The notes beneath the pieces were generated by a model. The model was not told where the DNA came from and did no database searches. It worked only from the letters and a program-made list of their open reading frames with translations. A stretch of DNA of 64,000 nucleotides from the NCBI GenBank assembly GCA_022072055.1, contig JAJVIK010000008.1:141980-205979 (forward strand), read 5' to 3'. The first letter of the stretch is position 1; the number at the start of each line of letters is the position of its first letter. Shown piece by piece: positions 1 to 9,756 of the stretch. Source of the stretch: a bacterium (GTDB lineage: Bacteria; Hinthialibacterota; Hinthialibacteria; OLB16). The position numbers and the translations under genes were made by a program.

Positions 1-235
1 GAACGGATTGATGTCCGGAAGCAGGGCGGGGTCATGGAAGGGGTGAGATTCGGGATGGAGGAAGGAATCCGCCGCCTCAGGTTCGGTGATCCCGCGCGCG
101 ACAAGGATGCGCGCCGCCCAAGGGGAGATCGCCACCGCTCCCACCAGACGCGCCACCGCTCCATCGCTCCTTGCGCGACGGCTCCAAGTCTGTTCTTGCG
201 CCACCGCCTTTGTGGCTGTCCGCTCCCCCACTGAC

Positions 236-2086
236 TTACTCCCTCGTCCTTCCCTCTTTTTCCCTTTCCGCCGGTTGCGTTTCCTGTCGGTCCTTTTGAG
301 CCTCGGAATGGGCGTTGTGATAGTCGATCGCCGCGTTCAACAGATTTCGGCGCGCGAAGGGATGCCTTGGGTCGATATCAAGCACCGCCTGAAAATAGGC
401 CACCGCCATGTCCCACCGGTTGCGTTGCGCCTCCAGGACCCCCAGGCTGTTGAGCGCCTCCACGCATTTCTGGTCGAGCTCCACCGCCTTGAGGAAGAGT
501 TTTTCCGCTTCGTCCGCCTGCTTCAAGACATCCAGGTAAAGCCTTCCGAGTTTGAAGTAGGCTTGGCTCGAATGGGGATTGATCTCCAAGGCGCGCCGGT
601 AGGTCCCGGAGGCCTCCTCGATTCGTCCGAGGTTCTGATAGGCCCTCCCGATGTTCAAGACGATAAGGTCCAAATCGGGCTTCAGGTGGTGGGCCTCTTC
701 GTAGGAGGGGATCGCCGCCTCGAAGGATTGCGTGGCAAGCCTCCGGGCCTCCGTCGCCCCTTCCGGCCTCCCGAATTGCTCCAGTCTTCCGGCTTCCTCA
801 ATCAAGCTCTCCGCTTTCGCGGAGAGCGCGGTTCCGAGGTTGTTGTGGACCGCCCAACAAGTGGGATTCCCTTCGCGGTTGTGTTTCCAGAGAGTCTCCG
901 AGTCGGTGTACACTTTGGCCTGCTGATAAGATAAGACTCCCAAAACACAGGCGAGGGCCGCGCCGGGGATCTGGCCAGGGGTGGTGCTGGTGGAAAGTCC
1001 GAAACGTCTCACTCCGTTGGCGAAGAACGCGGCAAACAGCGCGAGCAGCGCGGCGCTGGCCGGATACTGGTAGTGGTCGGCCACCAGCGAGAGGTCCATG
1101 GTCGAATAATCCACCAACCCGAGCGCCGGGGAAAGCGTGATGAGGAACGCGCCCAGCGCGAAGAAGACTCCGCGCCCGACGCGGCCTCGAAGGAACCAAG
1201 CGAGCGCGACCACGGCAAGGGTGGCGAGCGGCGCGAGCCAGTGGATCCAGTTGGTCGGATTCGGATCCCAGCGGGGGTAGATGGCCATCAGGTCGGTGGG
1301 CCAGAGCAGCTTGCCGACATAAAACCAGGGGGCGGTTCCCGCCACGATCAGGCGGTCCGGGAAAGACAGGTCCGCGCCCGCCACTCCGGCCCCCATGCGC
1401 TCGCGTTCCCAGGAGATGGTCATCCCGGCAAAGAGCGCGCTCACCAGGAAGAGTGGGAGGGTGGGGAGGATTCGCTGCTTCCACCGATCCCGTTCACGCC
1501 ACCAGGAAAACAGCAGCAGTAGCGCCGGAAGGGTGCAGGCCACGGTCTTGGAGAGGATCGCGGCGAGAACACACCCAATCACTTGGAGGTAAAACCGCTT
1601 CTCGCCCGTGGTGATCCAGCGCTTCCATTCATGAAGCGCCAGAAACACAAACAGGGTGGAGAGCACATTCTTGCGCTCGGCGATCCAGGCCACGGATTCG
1701 ACATGCACGGGGTGAAGGGCAAACAGTCCCGAGGCGAGGAGGGCGCCCGGGACCTTGAGACGCCGGAGGAGCAGAAACAGCGCGCCGGCGTTGCAGCAGT
1801 GCAGCAGCACGTTGGTCAGGTGATAGCCAAAGGGGACTGTTCTCCAGAGATGCGCCTCGATCCAGTAGGAGGTGAAGGTGAGGGGGTAATAGTTGGGGGA
1901 TGCCTTCGGTTCGAGCCAAATCCGTGAAAGCCCCTCCCAATCGGCGAGCAGCGGGTTGGCGGTGACATACATCCCATCATCCCACAGGAAGCCCCCCCAC
2001 ATCGCGGGGTAATAGGCGGCGAGCGCGGCCAGGATGACCAGGAGCAGCCCGGTGCGTCGCCGGGGGATAATGCCGGTTGGATGCAT
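236..2086 (-). CDS. TMTC/PMT_2-like (DUF1736) integral membrane glycosyltransferase-like protein with C-terminal TPR repeats
   Basis: 616 aa. N-terminal ~380 aa is multi-TM with a PMT_2/TMTC-like first loop (FLWDDGMYV...NYYPLTFTSYWIE). C-terminal ~230 aa is TPR-like (AYFKLGRLY, ALNSLGVLEAQRNRWDMAVAYFQAVLDIDP). Confidence 0.75.
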   Translation of the reverse strand: MHPTGIIPRRRTGLLLVILAALAAYYPAMWGGFLWDDGMYVTANPLLADWEGLSRIWLEPKASPNYYPLTFTSYWIEAHLWRTVPFGYHLTNVLLHCCNAGALFLLLRRLKVPGALLASGLFALHPVHVESVAWIAERKNVLSTLFVFLALHEWKRWITTGEKRFYLQVIGCVLAAILSKTVACTLPALLLLFSWWRERDRWKQRILPTLPLFLVSALFAGMTISWERERMGAGVAGADLSFPDRLIVAGTAPWFYVGKLLWPTDLMAIYPRWDPNPTNWIHWLAPLATLAVVALAWFLRGRVGRGVFFALGAFLITLSPALGLVDYSTMDLSLVADHYQYPASAALLALFAAFFANGVRRFGLSTSTTPGQIPGAALACVLGVLSYQQAKVYTDSETLWKHNREGNPTCWAVHNNLGTALSAKAESLIEEAGRLEQFGRPEGATEARRLATQSFEAAIPSYEEAHHLKPDLDLIVLNIGRAYQNLGRIEEASGTYRRALEINPHSSQAYFKLGRLYLDVLKQADEAEKLFLKAVELDQKCVEALNSLGVLEAQRNRWDMAVAYFQAVLDIDPRHPFARRNLLNAAIDYHNAHSEAQKDRQETQPAEREKEGRTRE

Positions 2087-2313
2087 GTCGCGGGCAGGGT
2101 AACGGGATTGCGGGCGGCTTCCAACTCTGGGCGGGGAGCCAACCTAACACGCACAGGGAAACCACTTGACACGGGCGAGAATCCGCGCAACAGTGCTAGT
2201 GCAAGTGTGAACAGCCCTCTGTGGCTAGCTGTTCGAGCTGCCTGAAAGGCTCTTTACGCCCGGTCGTTGCCCGCCCCTCGGCCACTTTCTCAGCGCAAGG
2301 GAGGGTATGCGAA

Positions 2314-3261
2314 ATGTCCTCACCATCAAAGTCCCAAGTCTTGGGGGCGCAGGTCCGTTTCATCCTCAGCTGGCTTCTCGTCGCCATTGTTGTTGGCGCC
2401 ACTGTCGTGGCCGCACACGAGCACAGTGTGGGATCGGCACCTCCGCCCCCAATTTCCGACAAGAACGGGGATAACAATGTGGACCCAAAAGACCTCCTCC
2501 TCCTTCTTCAAGAGTGGCGTGATAGCGAGACAGTTCTTGAGGATGTCCTTTCCTTGGGTGAGGAGTGGTACATGCACGGAATGGGGGACGTTTCAACTCC
2601 AACTCATACACCGAACGAAACCGATTTCCGCACGCCAACCTACACGCCGGATCAAACGGGACCCTCGACCCCTACCCCCACGCCAGTTGATTCGGACCTG
2701 TTTTACTACAGCGAGAGCGTCAAGATCTACTTGACGCCATCAGATGTTGTGATAGGTGTTGCTTTTCAGCAAGAGGTGGATGAGGGAGAGCGTCTCTCAT
2801 TCCTTTCTGACTATTCGGAGCTTAGCACCTTCATCGACGTCGAACCCTTGCCATCCGGCCTTTTTCAGATTGCTTTACGAGAATCGACTCCCTGGAATCG
2901 AATGAGGGCACTACTAAGTACCGTCTCTGAAGACACTCGAGTTCTCATCGTCTCCCCTCTCTTTCAGGCACCTGGAACAGCAGGCATGCTGCTCACGCCA
3001 ACATGGATAGTGCGTGCTCGCCCCGGCGCCTCTACTGAGCAGGTCGAATCCTTCAACCGAGAACATGATGTCTCGGTGGTTAGCATTACTGACTTCCCGC
3101 CGGAGCGCTATTACATACTGACTCGGATTGGAGTCCGAAACGCGCTTGATGTGCTGGCCTTGGCCAATCTTTACCATGACTCTCCCTTCTTCGACTGGTC
3201 AACTCCAAACTTCCAGCGGGTAGGGGGATCCTCCTTTCCGCGCCTTCGCCTAATAAGGTGA
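2314..3261 (+). CDS. secreted protein with dockerin/EF-hand-like Ca-binding motif, PT-rich linker and subtilase-prodomain-like C-terminal region (function unknown)
   Basis: AAGGGAGGG RBS about 8 nt before ATG at 2314; the six-frame ORF starts at 2221. Signal-peptide-like N-terminus (FILSWLLVAIVVGATVVAA). DKNGDNNVDPKDLLLLLQEWR motif, then a TPTHTPNETDFRTPTYTPDQTGPSTPTPTP linker. GC about 50-52%, below the 63-65% of neighbouring genes. Confidence 0.5.
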   Translation: MSSPSKSQVLGAQVRFILSWLLVAIVVGATVVAAHEHSVGSAPPPPISDKNGDNNVDPKDLLLLLQEWRDSETVLEDVLSLGEEWYMHGMGDVSTPTHTPNETDFRTPTYTPDQTGPSTPTPTPVDSDLFYYSESVKIYLTPSDVVIGVAFQQEVDEGERLSFLSDYSELSTFIDVEPLPSGLFQIALRESTPWNRMRALLSTVSEDTRVLIVSPLFQAPGTAGMLLTPTWIVRARPGASTEQVESFNREHDVSVVSITDFPPERYYILTRIGVRNALDVLALANLYHDSPFFDWSTPNFQRVGGSSFPRLRLIR

Positions 3262-3467
3262 ATTCCACTCCGACAGGATCTGAATCCGAGGACAAGGATG
3301 ATAGCGATCAGAGAGTAACCCAATGAAGAGATTCTTTTCCTGGCCTCTCTGTCCACAGCAGTACCTCGTCCAGACGCCACGGGTGATACCCCGAAACCGA
3401 GAGAGACCGACCCGTGGTCTCTGGTTCGAGCCAGATCTGCCGAAGCCCTTCCCAGGCGGCGCGGTGC

Positions 3468-5801
3468 TCAGGCGGATTCGGCGGGTGAGGTTTGAGACCT
3501 TCGGCGCCGCGCCCGTTTCGCCGTGGGAAGGAGCGGGGCGGTGAGTTGCTGGTAGAGCTCGAACAGGAACTCGACCCGCGAACCATCGCCGTTGAACGGC
3601 GCGGAGCGATAACACCGGTCCACCGCGCGGTCGAGACCCTTGTGGGCCTCCCGGAGGGCTTTGGGCATGGTCTCGGGATCATAGAGGTCCGCCGGCGTGT
3701 TCCCCTTGAATTGGGCTCGGACATCCAGCACGCGCTGCGCCGCCTTCTCGACATCCGCCACTTGCTTCGGAGCAGGGTCTTGGGGCCAGGGGAAATTGTT
3801 GTAGACCAGCTTGGCCGAGTAGCGAAAATCAGACTTGAGTCGTCCACAAACCTGGCGGACCCAAGCCATGTGCATCGCGCTGGTGAGGACCCCGAAATGG
3901 TAGAGACTCGCGCTTGGAAGAATGAAAAGGAGGTCACTCGCCAGCGAGCGGGGCTCGAGAAACTCGATCGGGATATATGAGCGGCGTTCGGAAGACACCT
4001 TCGGAATCACCAGAAACCTTCGTTTCGGAATGTTCTCGACATGAAAACGGGTCGGGGTGTCCGCCAGAGCCTGGGTCGGGGCGCTCTTGCTGGAAAGACG
4101 GAAACGGCGCACGTTCCGGATTCGCTCAAGCACATGCGGCAAGGCGCGCAGCTCGCGCGGCTCCGCCTCCCCCAACCACAGGCACCACCGCGGACTGGAA
4201 TACAGGAATTCATCCGCGCCATACCAGGGACGAAAGAAACGCTTCGAGCCTGGCTCCCGTCGGATAAATGACTTCATCTCCTCCCTTGAGAACAGGTAAT
4301 TCCCGTCATCAATGGGTTTGTTCCCGATCCCAATCTCCGGAACTTTGCACAGCGGCGTGGACCGGTTGGTGATGGCAATGTCGGGACCGGAGACGAGATA
4401 CGGCCCGATGTTGGATGCGGCCACCGGGATCGGCTCGCCATTTGCCTTGGAATAGTCATGGATGACCTTGTCCGAACGGTCGAAGGCCCCGAAGCCGATG
4501 ATGACCACATGTACATGCGCCTTGCCGCGCGCCTCGCTCATCCAACTGAACGTGCGGTGCGCGAAATGAATCTTGATCCCGCGACGAAAGAGCTCCGGCC
4601 ACAGGACCCCCACCTGCTCCCCTTGCGTGATCGAATTGGTCGACACAAAGGCCGCGCGGATTTCGGTCTTGCGGAGATACTCGGAAGCCCGCAGGTACCA
4701 TCCGCTCACATAATCCAGCAGCCCCGCGTTCTTGATCTCCTTGCATACAAGACCCAGGTCGTCGCGTTGCGCCTCGGCCTGGAACTTGCCTCCCACGAAC
4801 GGCGGGTTCCCCATCACATAGCTGCACCTTGCGGCGGGAAGCGCGTCGTTCCAGTCGATCCGGAGCGCGTTGCCCACCACAATCCTCGCGCTCTTCTTGA
4901 GCGGCAGGCGCAGCACCGGCGAGCCGAAGACCTCGCCCACCCGCTCGTTCATCTGGTGGTCGATCAACCACATCGCCACCTCCGCGATTCGCGCGGGCCA
5001 CTCCTCGATCTCGATCCCGTACATCTGGTCCACATCCACCTTGAGTAGGGTGTCGAGGACCAGTCGTTCCTGATGGTGGTTGCCGTTGTAGAGCGCCCTG
5101 AGGACCTCCAGTTCAAGCAGTCGCAGTTCCCGGTAGGCGACCACCAGGAAGTTTCCGCAGCCGCAGGCCGGGTCGAGGAACCGGAGCGAGGCGAGCTTTT
5201 CATGGAAGGCTTTGAGCTTCTTCTCATTCGCCCCGCAGCGCGCCAGTTCGGCCTTGAGGTTGTCCAGGAACAGGCTGCGGACCAGCTTCAGAATGTCCCG
5301 TTCGCTGGTGTAATGCGCGCCGATCTGGCGACGTTTCCGCCTGCCCTCCTCGGTCGCCATGATCGACTGGAAGAGCGAACCGAAAACCGCCGGGCTGATC
5401 CGCGCCAAGTTGAAGTCGCAGCATTTGACCAACGCGGCGCGCATCGCCGCGTCAAATTCCGCGAAGCCGAGGTCCTCATGAAAAAGGTCTCCGTTGACAT
5501 AGGGAAGCTCCCTCAATTCATCAGGAAGTTTCGGGGAGCGATCCGGTTTATCGGTGTCCAGCACGGTGAACAAATGTGCGAGCAAAGGCCCCAGATCGCT
5601 TCCATCCGAGCGCGTGGATTTAACTAGAGTCTTGAAGGAGTCCAGCTCGAAAATGCCGGTGTCATTCGCAAAGAGGCAGAACAGCACTCGGACCAGGAAG
5701 CGCTCCAATCGGTGTCCGGAGTACCCGCCGCGCTCAAGCGCGTCATGGAGCTCACTGAGAATCTCGACTGCTTGAATCTCGAGGGTGGCCTCGGGGTCCA
5801 C
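3468..5801 (-). CDS. MmeI-family (type IIL/BREX PglX-like) gamma-class N6-adenine DNA methyltransferase with target-recognition domain but no N-terminal endonuclease domain
   Basis: 777 aa, GTG start. SAM motif I FLDPACGCGNFLVVAY precedes motif IV MGNPPF (gamma order). N-terminal helical region LERFLVRVLFCLFANDTGIFE resembles the MmeI methylase N-terminus. About 450 aa after NPPF fits TRD plus C-terminal domains. An in-frame stop lies 2 codons upstream of the start, so no nuclease domain can be present. Confidence 0.75.
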   Translation of the reverse strand: MDPEATLEIQAVEILSELHDALERGGYSGHRLERFLVRVLFCLFANDTGIFELDSFKTLVKSTRSDGSDLGPLLAHLFTVLDTDKPDRSPKLPDELRELPYVNGDLFHEDLGFAEFDAAMRAALVKCCDFNLARISPAVFGSLFQSIMATEEGRRKRRQIGAHYTSERDILKLVRSLFLDNLKAELARCGANEKKLKAFHEKLASLRFLDPACGCGNFLVVAYRELRLLELEVLRALYNGNHHQERLVLDTLLKVDVDQMYGIEIEEWPARIAEVAMWLIDHQMNERVGEVFGSPVLRLPLKKSARIVVGNALRIDWNDALPAARCSYVMGNPPFVGGKFQAEAQRDDLGLVCKEIKNAGLLDYVSGWYLRASEYLRKTEIRAAFVSTNSITQGEQVGVLWPELFRRGIKIHFAHRTFSWMSEARGKAHVHVVIIGFGAFDRSDKVIHDYSKANGEPIPVAASNIGPYLVSGPDIAITNRSTPLCKVPEIGIGNKPIDDGNYLFSREEMKSFIRREPGSKRFFRPWYGADEFLYSSPRWCLWLGEAEPRELRALPHVLERIRNVRRFRLSSKSAPTQALADTPTRFHVENIPKRRFLVIPKVSSERRSYIPIEFLEPRSLASDLLFILPSASLYHFGVLTSAMHMAWVRQVCGRLKSDFRYSAKLVYNNFPWPQDPAPKQVADVEKAAQRVLDVRAQFKGNTPADLYDPETMPKALREAHKGLDRAVDRCYRSAPFNGDGSRVEFLFELYQQLTAPLLPTAKRARRRRSQTSPAESA

Positions 5802-5935
5802 GGGTTAGACCTGATAGTTCGCGGGGAACTCGAAGTGGCGGGTCTTCTCCTCAAAGCTCGCCACGCTCCGACGTCGAATGCCGAAGACCGCGAAGGTGGT
5901 GGCGTTCCGGCGAATCTCGGATAGGGTGAGCTTCA

Positions 5936-6655
5936 TCAAGTCCCCGGCTTGGTGGCGCCTTGGATTTCCCCGCTTGCCGATTCCACTCCCGCCGCCGTGG
6001 GTTCCGTGAGCGGGAACGTCTCCTCCACCAAGATCTCATCTACCAGCTTACGCAACTCTTCGGGCAGATTGAGGGAAAACGGTTCATCCGGGATGCCCGC
6101 CGCATCCGCGCTCTTCTTGAGCTCGGCGAGAGCCGCGCGCCATTCTTCCGTCGTGAGACCGCGACGTTCGCCGACCTCCTCTCCGGAAACCGAGCGCAGG
6201 ATGTTCGCGAAGGTGTCCGGCGCGATCTTTCCCTCCACCACGCCGCGCTGGACTCGCTGCGCGGAACGTCGCCCGACCTCCACTTCCTCCGGAGCCAGAC
6301 CCACCTCCTCGATCCACTTGGAGTCCACCGTCGAGGTCAAAACCAGGATGCCGAGCTTTCCAGTCAGAAAAGACTCATGGACTCGCCGGAGCTGCTCGAT
6401 GGTCAGGCGCCCCTCCGAGAGCCGCCGAGTCACGCGCTCGATCTGGCCTAGAACCTGCTCCCTCTGGTTCGGGGACAGGCTGGAGTCCTCAATCATCCGG
6501 GACGAGATCAGATTGATTCCGGCGGCGGCGATTTCATTCCGCTTGTGGAAGAGCAGATAGGCCCCCGTGGCGATGGCGCCGATCCCCATCACCAACAGGA
6601 TCGCGCAGCCAATCAGGAACGGTCGCAGGCAGCCGGGGGAGGATTCGCGCGCCAT
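5936..6655 (-). CDS. hypothetical membrane-anchored protein (single N-terminal TM, charged coiled-coil-like domain)
   Basis: 239 aa. N-terminal TM (FLIGCAILLVMGIGAIATGAYLLF). Start is 6 bp after the AGE epimerase gene end, so apparently the same minus-strand operon. No recognisable domain. Confidence 0.45.
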   Translation of the reverse strand: MARESSPGCLRPFLIGCAILLVMGIGAIATGAYLLFHKRNEIAAAGINLISSRMIEDSSLSPNQREQVLGQIERVTRRLSEGRLTIEQLRRVHESFLTGKLGILVLTSTVDSKWIEEVGLAPEEVEVGRRSAQRVQRGVVEGKIAPDTFANILRSVSGEEVGERRGLTTEEWRAALAELKKSADAAGIPDEPFSLNLPEELRKLVDEILVEETFPLTEPTAAGVESASGEIQGATKPGT

Positions 6656-6661
6656 CCTGAG

Positions 6662-7924
6662 TCACCGCTCGAGAATTCTTTGCAGACGCGCCTCGGACTG
6701 GATCGCCGCGCGGACTGTGTGGTAGTTGATCTTCCAGGCGTGGCCCATGTAATCCCACAGACGGTTGTTGTGTTCGTCGAAGAGCGGATACCACTCCCCG
6801 ACCGCGTGGTTAATCACATGGTCCATCACGAATCGATGGACATTCTCATAGGCGTCCAGATACTTCTTGTCCCCGAAGATCAGGTAAGCGTCCAGGAACC
6901 CGACCAGACATTCGGCCTGCTGCCAGAACTCCTTGTTACGCTCCCGCGCGGGTCCGTCTTGGGGGCCCTCGCAGAAAACTCCGCCGCGTTCCCAATCAAC
7001 CCCATATTGAACCGCGTGGTCGTAGAGTTTCCGGAACGCTTCGTGATACTTGGAGCGGTGCAGGTCCAGGATCTTGATGGTGTGATTGAGGAGCCAGGCG
7101 AACTCCACGTTGTGGCCGAAGCTGGTGTTGTTGAGGGGACGTCCCTCATCGTCCTCCACATCGCGGTCCGAACCCCACACATCCGCGAACAGAATCGCGC
7201 GGAGCGGTTGCCAATCCAGGGAGAACTGAGCCAGTCCGGCGCCGAATTCGGGGTGGATCATGCGCGAGAAGATCAGTTCGACAATCTCGATCGTCCGATC
7301 CCGGTGCACCCTCGACCCTGTGGCCTCGTATAGGTTGGTCATGGCCTCCATGAGGTGCATGTGGACATCGAAGGACTTTCGGTCTCCGCCGTACTTACCC
7401 GGACGCTTCTTCGAAAAGTCCCGTTCGAGGAACTCATAGTATCCGCCGCGCCAATTGTCGGCGATTCGGGACTGGAGGATGTCATAGGTCTTGAGCGCCC
7501 ACTCCAGGCCGCGCGGGTCGCCGGAGGCCATGCCATATTCGGACAGACAATAGATGGCGAAAGAATGGCCGTAGGTGAGCTTGCTCAGATTGCGCGGGGT
7601 TCCATCCTGCTCGCAGGTCCAGAACCAGCCTCCGTGCTCCGTGTCCCAGAAATGCTTGAGCATGAAGTCCACTCCCTGGCGCGCGATCTCCAGACACTTG
7701 CCGCCGCCGAGGCCCGCCCGGTGCGCCGAGGAGTAGGTGTAGATCATCCGACACTGGCAGAGGTGGGTTTTGACCGTTTCGCCCGTCGGGTTGCCGTCCT
7801 TGTCGAGGTAGGTCAGGTATCCGCCGTGCTTCGGATCAACTCCATGAGTAAGCCAAAAGGGTAGCAGTTCCCGATGGAGATGGTGGTGCATCTCCTCGAG
7901 GAGTTTTTCAACGCGCGCGCTCAT
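6662..7924 (-). CDS. N-acylglucosamine 2-epimerase (AGE) superfamily epimerase/isomerase (cellobiose 2-epimerase/YihS-like)
   Basis: 420 aa. (alpha/alpha)6-barrel AGE-family signature regions (WDTEHGGWFW, GHSFAIYCLSEY, HMHLMEAMTNLYEATG, FGHNVEFAWLL, YHTVRA). Confidence 0.8.
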   Translation of the reverse strand: MSARVEKLLEEMHHHLHRELLPFWLTHGVDPKHGGYLTYLDKDGNPTGETVKTHLCQCRMIYTYSSAHRAGLGGGKCLEIARQGVDFMLKHFWDTEHGGWFWTCEQDGTPRNLSKLTYGHSFAIYCLSEYGMASGDPRGLEWALKTYDILQSRIADNWRGGYYEFLERDFSKKRPGKYGGDRKSFDVHMHLMEAMTNLYEATGSRVHRDRTIEIVELIFSRMIHPEFGAGLAQFSLDWQPLRAILFADVWGSDRDVEDDEGRPLNNTSFGHNVEFAWLLNHTIKILDLHRSKYHEAFRKLYDHAVQYGVDWERGGVFCEGPQDGPARERNKEFWQQAECLVGFLDAYLIFGDKKYLDAYENVHRFVMDHVINHAVGEWYPLFDEHNNRLWDYMGHAWKINYHTVRAAIQSEARLQRILER

Positions 7925-7948
7925 GGTTCGAGGATGTTTCTCCTTTGC

Positions 7949-9694
7949 TCAGCGGCCCACGTCATCCTCTTCACCCGGCGCGGGGGCCGCGCGAGGAATC
8001 GGGGAGCTTGAAATGGCTGTACCATGCGGCGAGGAGATGAGGTCGTCCACGCTCTTCATTCCATCGCTGGAGAGCTTGATCTCAAGGTGGAAGACCTCGC
8101 CGCCGTCGGTCCCGAAGAAAATGTCCACGCGGCGATCCAGATCCACATCGGCCAGAGTGGGCGAGGAAAGAATCGGCGCGCCATCCAGGGTTTGGAAGAG
8201 GCTGCCGAAGGGGAGCGGCTGCCCTTTAGTCCCCATCGGTTCAAGGACCGGAGACCCATCTCCATTGTAGCCGTACAGCGAGCCATCGGCGCCTCCGACC
8301 ACAATCTCATTGAGACCATCCTGGTCGATATCGGCGATTCCGATGGAGGATTGCACCAGCCCGTCCCCGATGGGCACGCCCTGCTCGAATCCCGGATGAA
8401 GCGCGACCGGTGTTTCCTGAAGCGGGGGAACCAGGATCGAGCGCGGAACCGAGATCGGTTGGATTCCCGGGGCGGTCACCAGAACGCTATACCCGAGAAG
8501 CCCATTCGGATTCCCGGTGGCGAGGACCTGCCAGGAGGTCTGAGTGGCGGCTCCGTCCGGGAGCTCGCCGAGTGGGTGAGAGGCGGTCTCGCCGGGGGCG
8601 AACACCAGGCCGGGGGGCAGCTGGAGCTCCGCCACAACCCCCGTGTGGATGGTCTTAACCGCCGGGGCTGGGTTCGAGACAAACGCGGTGACCGTGAAAG
8701 GACTCGGATTATAGGACCCGTTCTGGATGGTGAGTTCGCCCGGCCCGACAAGCCCGACCACCAGATCCCCTCCCACCACCTCGATGTCGCCCAGACCGTA
8801 GTACGAAACGACCGTTCGGGACTGGCCTGGTCCCAGGGGCTGGTCATTCCAATACAAGGCCACCGCGCTATCGGAATTGATGATGTTCGGATTGACCGTG
8901 AAGTCGAATGGGGTGTCGTTCAGGTGGCCCCAGTTCCCCCAAACCACTCGGTCCGGTCGAACCGCCATGCCGCCGATGAGGGTTCCCTGAGTTTGGACAG
9001 TGGGGTTGGAAAGGTCATCGAAGCTTTGGTAGCTCTGCGGCACTGCATTGCCAAGCAGTTCGGTCTCGCGAGTCACATCCCCGATCAGCGGGACTCGGAA
9101 GGGGGCGCCGTCGTTATCGCCGAGTTGGGTGTCGAAGAAGGCCCGGATGGCCACCTGATGAGAAACCGCGCCGTTATTGGTCGCGGTATATTCCATGGAT
9201 AAGGTGTCGGCGCGTCCCGAATCGCCCGAAACCAGGGAAAGGCGTTGGGTGAAGAGGATATCCCCGGCTTGCCAGATGGTGGTGTTCACTCCCCCCGAGG
9301 TTTGCGGGGGCTGAACCACCGAGCCGAGGGTCCCGTTGGCGTAATTCGTGAAATCGGAGCCATCCACCCGGAGCGTGGTGCCTCCGGTTCCCGGGAACGG
9401 ATGCCCGAAGAGGAGACGCTTGTTGTCATCCTGAGGGTTGTCAGGGTCTCCCGTCCGGGTTCCCATGGTGAAGGCGCCGGAGGGGTCCACGGCCACCTCG
9501 ACGAACTCCGAAAAAAGTTCGATGGCGGCCCCTTTGTCGGCATAGGCGCCGGGGTTTGCCTTGCGGAGCTCCATCGGGTCCTGCGCGGCGAAGGCGCCGC
9601 TCAGCAGGAGGTAGGAGGCGACGATCCCCGCGAGGCGATAGACCCAAACCCGACTGACTTCAGGAAAGGCACTTGTCCGAAGCATCATGCGCAC
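7949..9694 (-). CDS. secreted FG-GAP/VCBS-like repeat protein
   Basis: 581 aa. Signal peptide (LAGIVASYLLLSGAFAAQDP). FG-GAP-like segment IGIADIDQDGLNEIVVGGADGSLYGYNGDG. Gly/Asn-rich beta-rich sequence. First gene of a minus-strand operon with the AGE epimerase. Confidence 0.55.
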   Translation of the reverse strand: MRMMLRTSAFPEVSRVWVYRLAGIVASYLLLSGAFAAQDPMELRKANPGAYADKGAAIELFSEFVEVAVDPSGAFTMGTRTGDPDNPQDDNKRLLFGHPFPGTGGTTLRVDGSDFTNYANGTLGSVVQPPQTSGGVNTTIWQAGDILFTQRLSLVSGDSGRADTLSMEYTATNNGAVSHQVAIRAFFDTQLGDNDGAPFRVPLIGDVTRETELLGNAVPQSYQSFDDLSNPTVQTQGTLIGGMAVRPDRVVWGNWGHLNDTPFDFTVNPNIINSDSAVALYWNDQPLGPGQSRTVVSYYGLGDIEVVGGDLVVGLVGPGELTIQNGSYNPSPFTVTAFVSNPAPAVKTIHTGVVAELQLPPGLVFAPGETASHPLGELPDGAATQTSWQVLATGNPNGLLGYSVLVTAPGIQPISVPRSILVPPLQETPVALHPGFEQGVPIGDGLVQSSIGIADIDQDGLNEIVVGGADGSLYGYNGDGSPVLEPMGTKGQPLPFGSLFQTLDGAPILSSPTLADVDLDRRVDIFFGTDGGEVFHLEIKLSSDGMKSVDDLISSPHGTAISSSPIPRAAPAPGEEDDVGR

Positions 9695-9756
9695 CTCACG
9701 TTCCGTTATGGACAGAAATCATAGTCCAGATTGGGGTGTCCGTACATCCGCAAAAC

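Noticed and set aside
86-934. 282-aa plus-strand ORF at the window start
   Set aside because: Antisense to the C-terminal TPR region of the 236-2086 gene, with Arg/Leu-rich composition.
8024-9202. 392-aa plus-strand ORF antisense to the FG-GAP protein gene
   Set aside because: Arg/Gly/His-rich, low-complexity translation typical of antisense frames in high-GC DNA. The minus-strand gene has a signal peptide and repeat structure.
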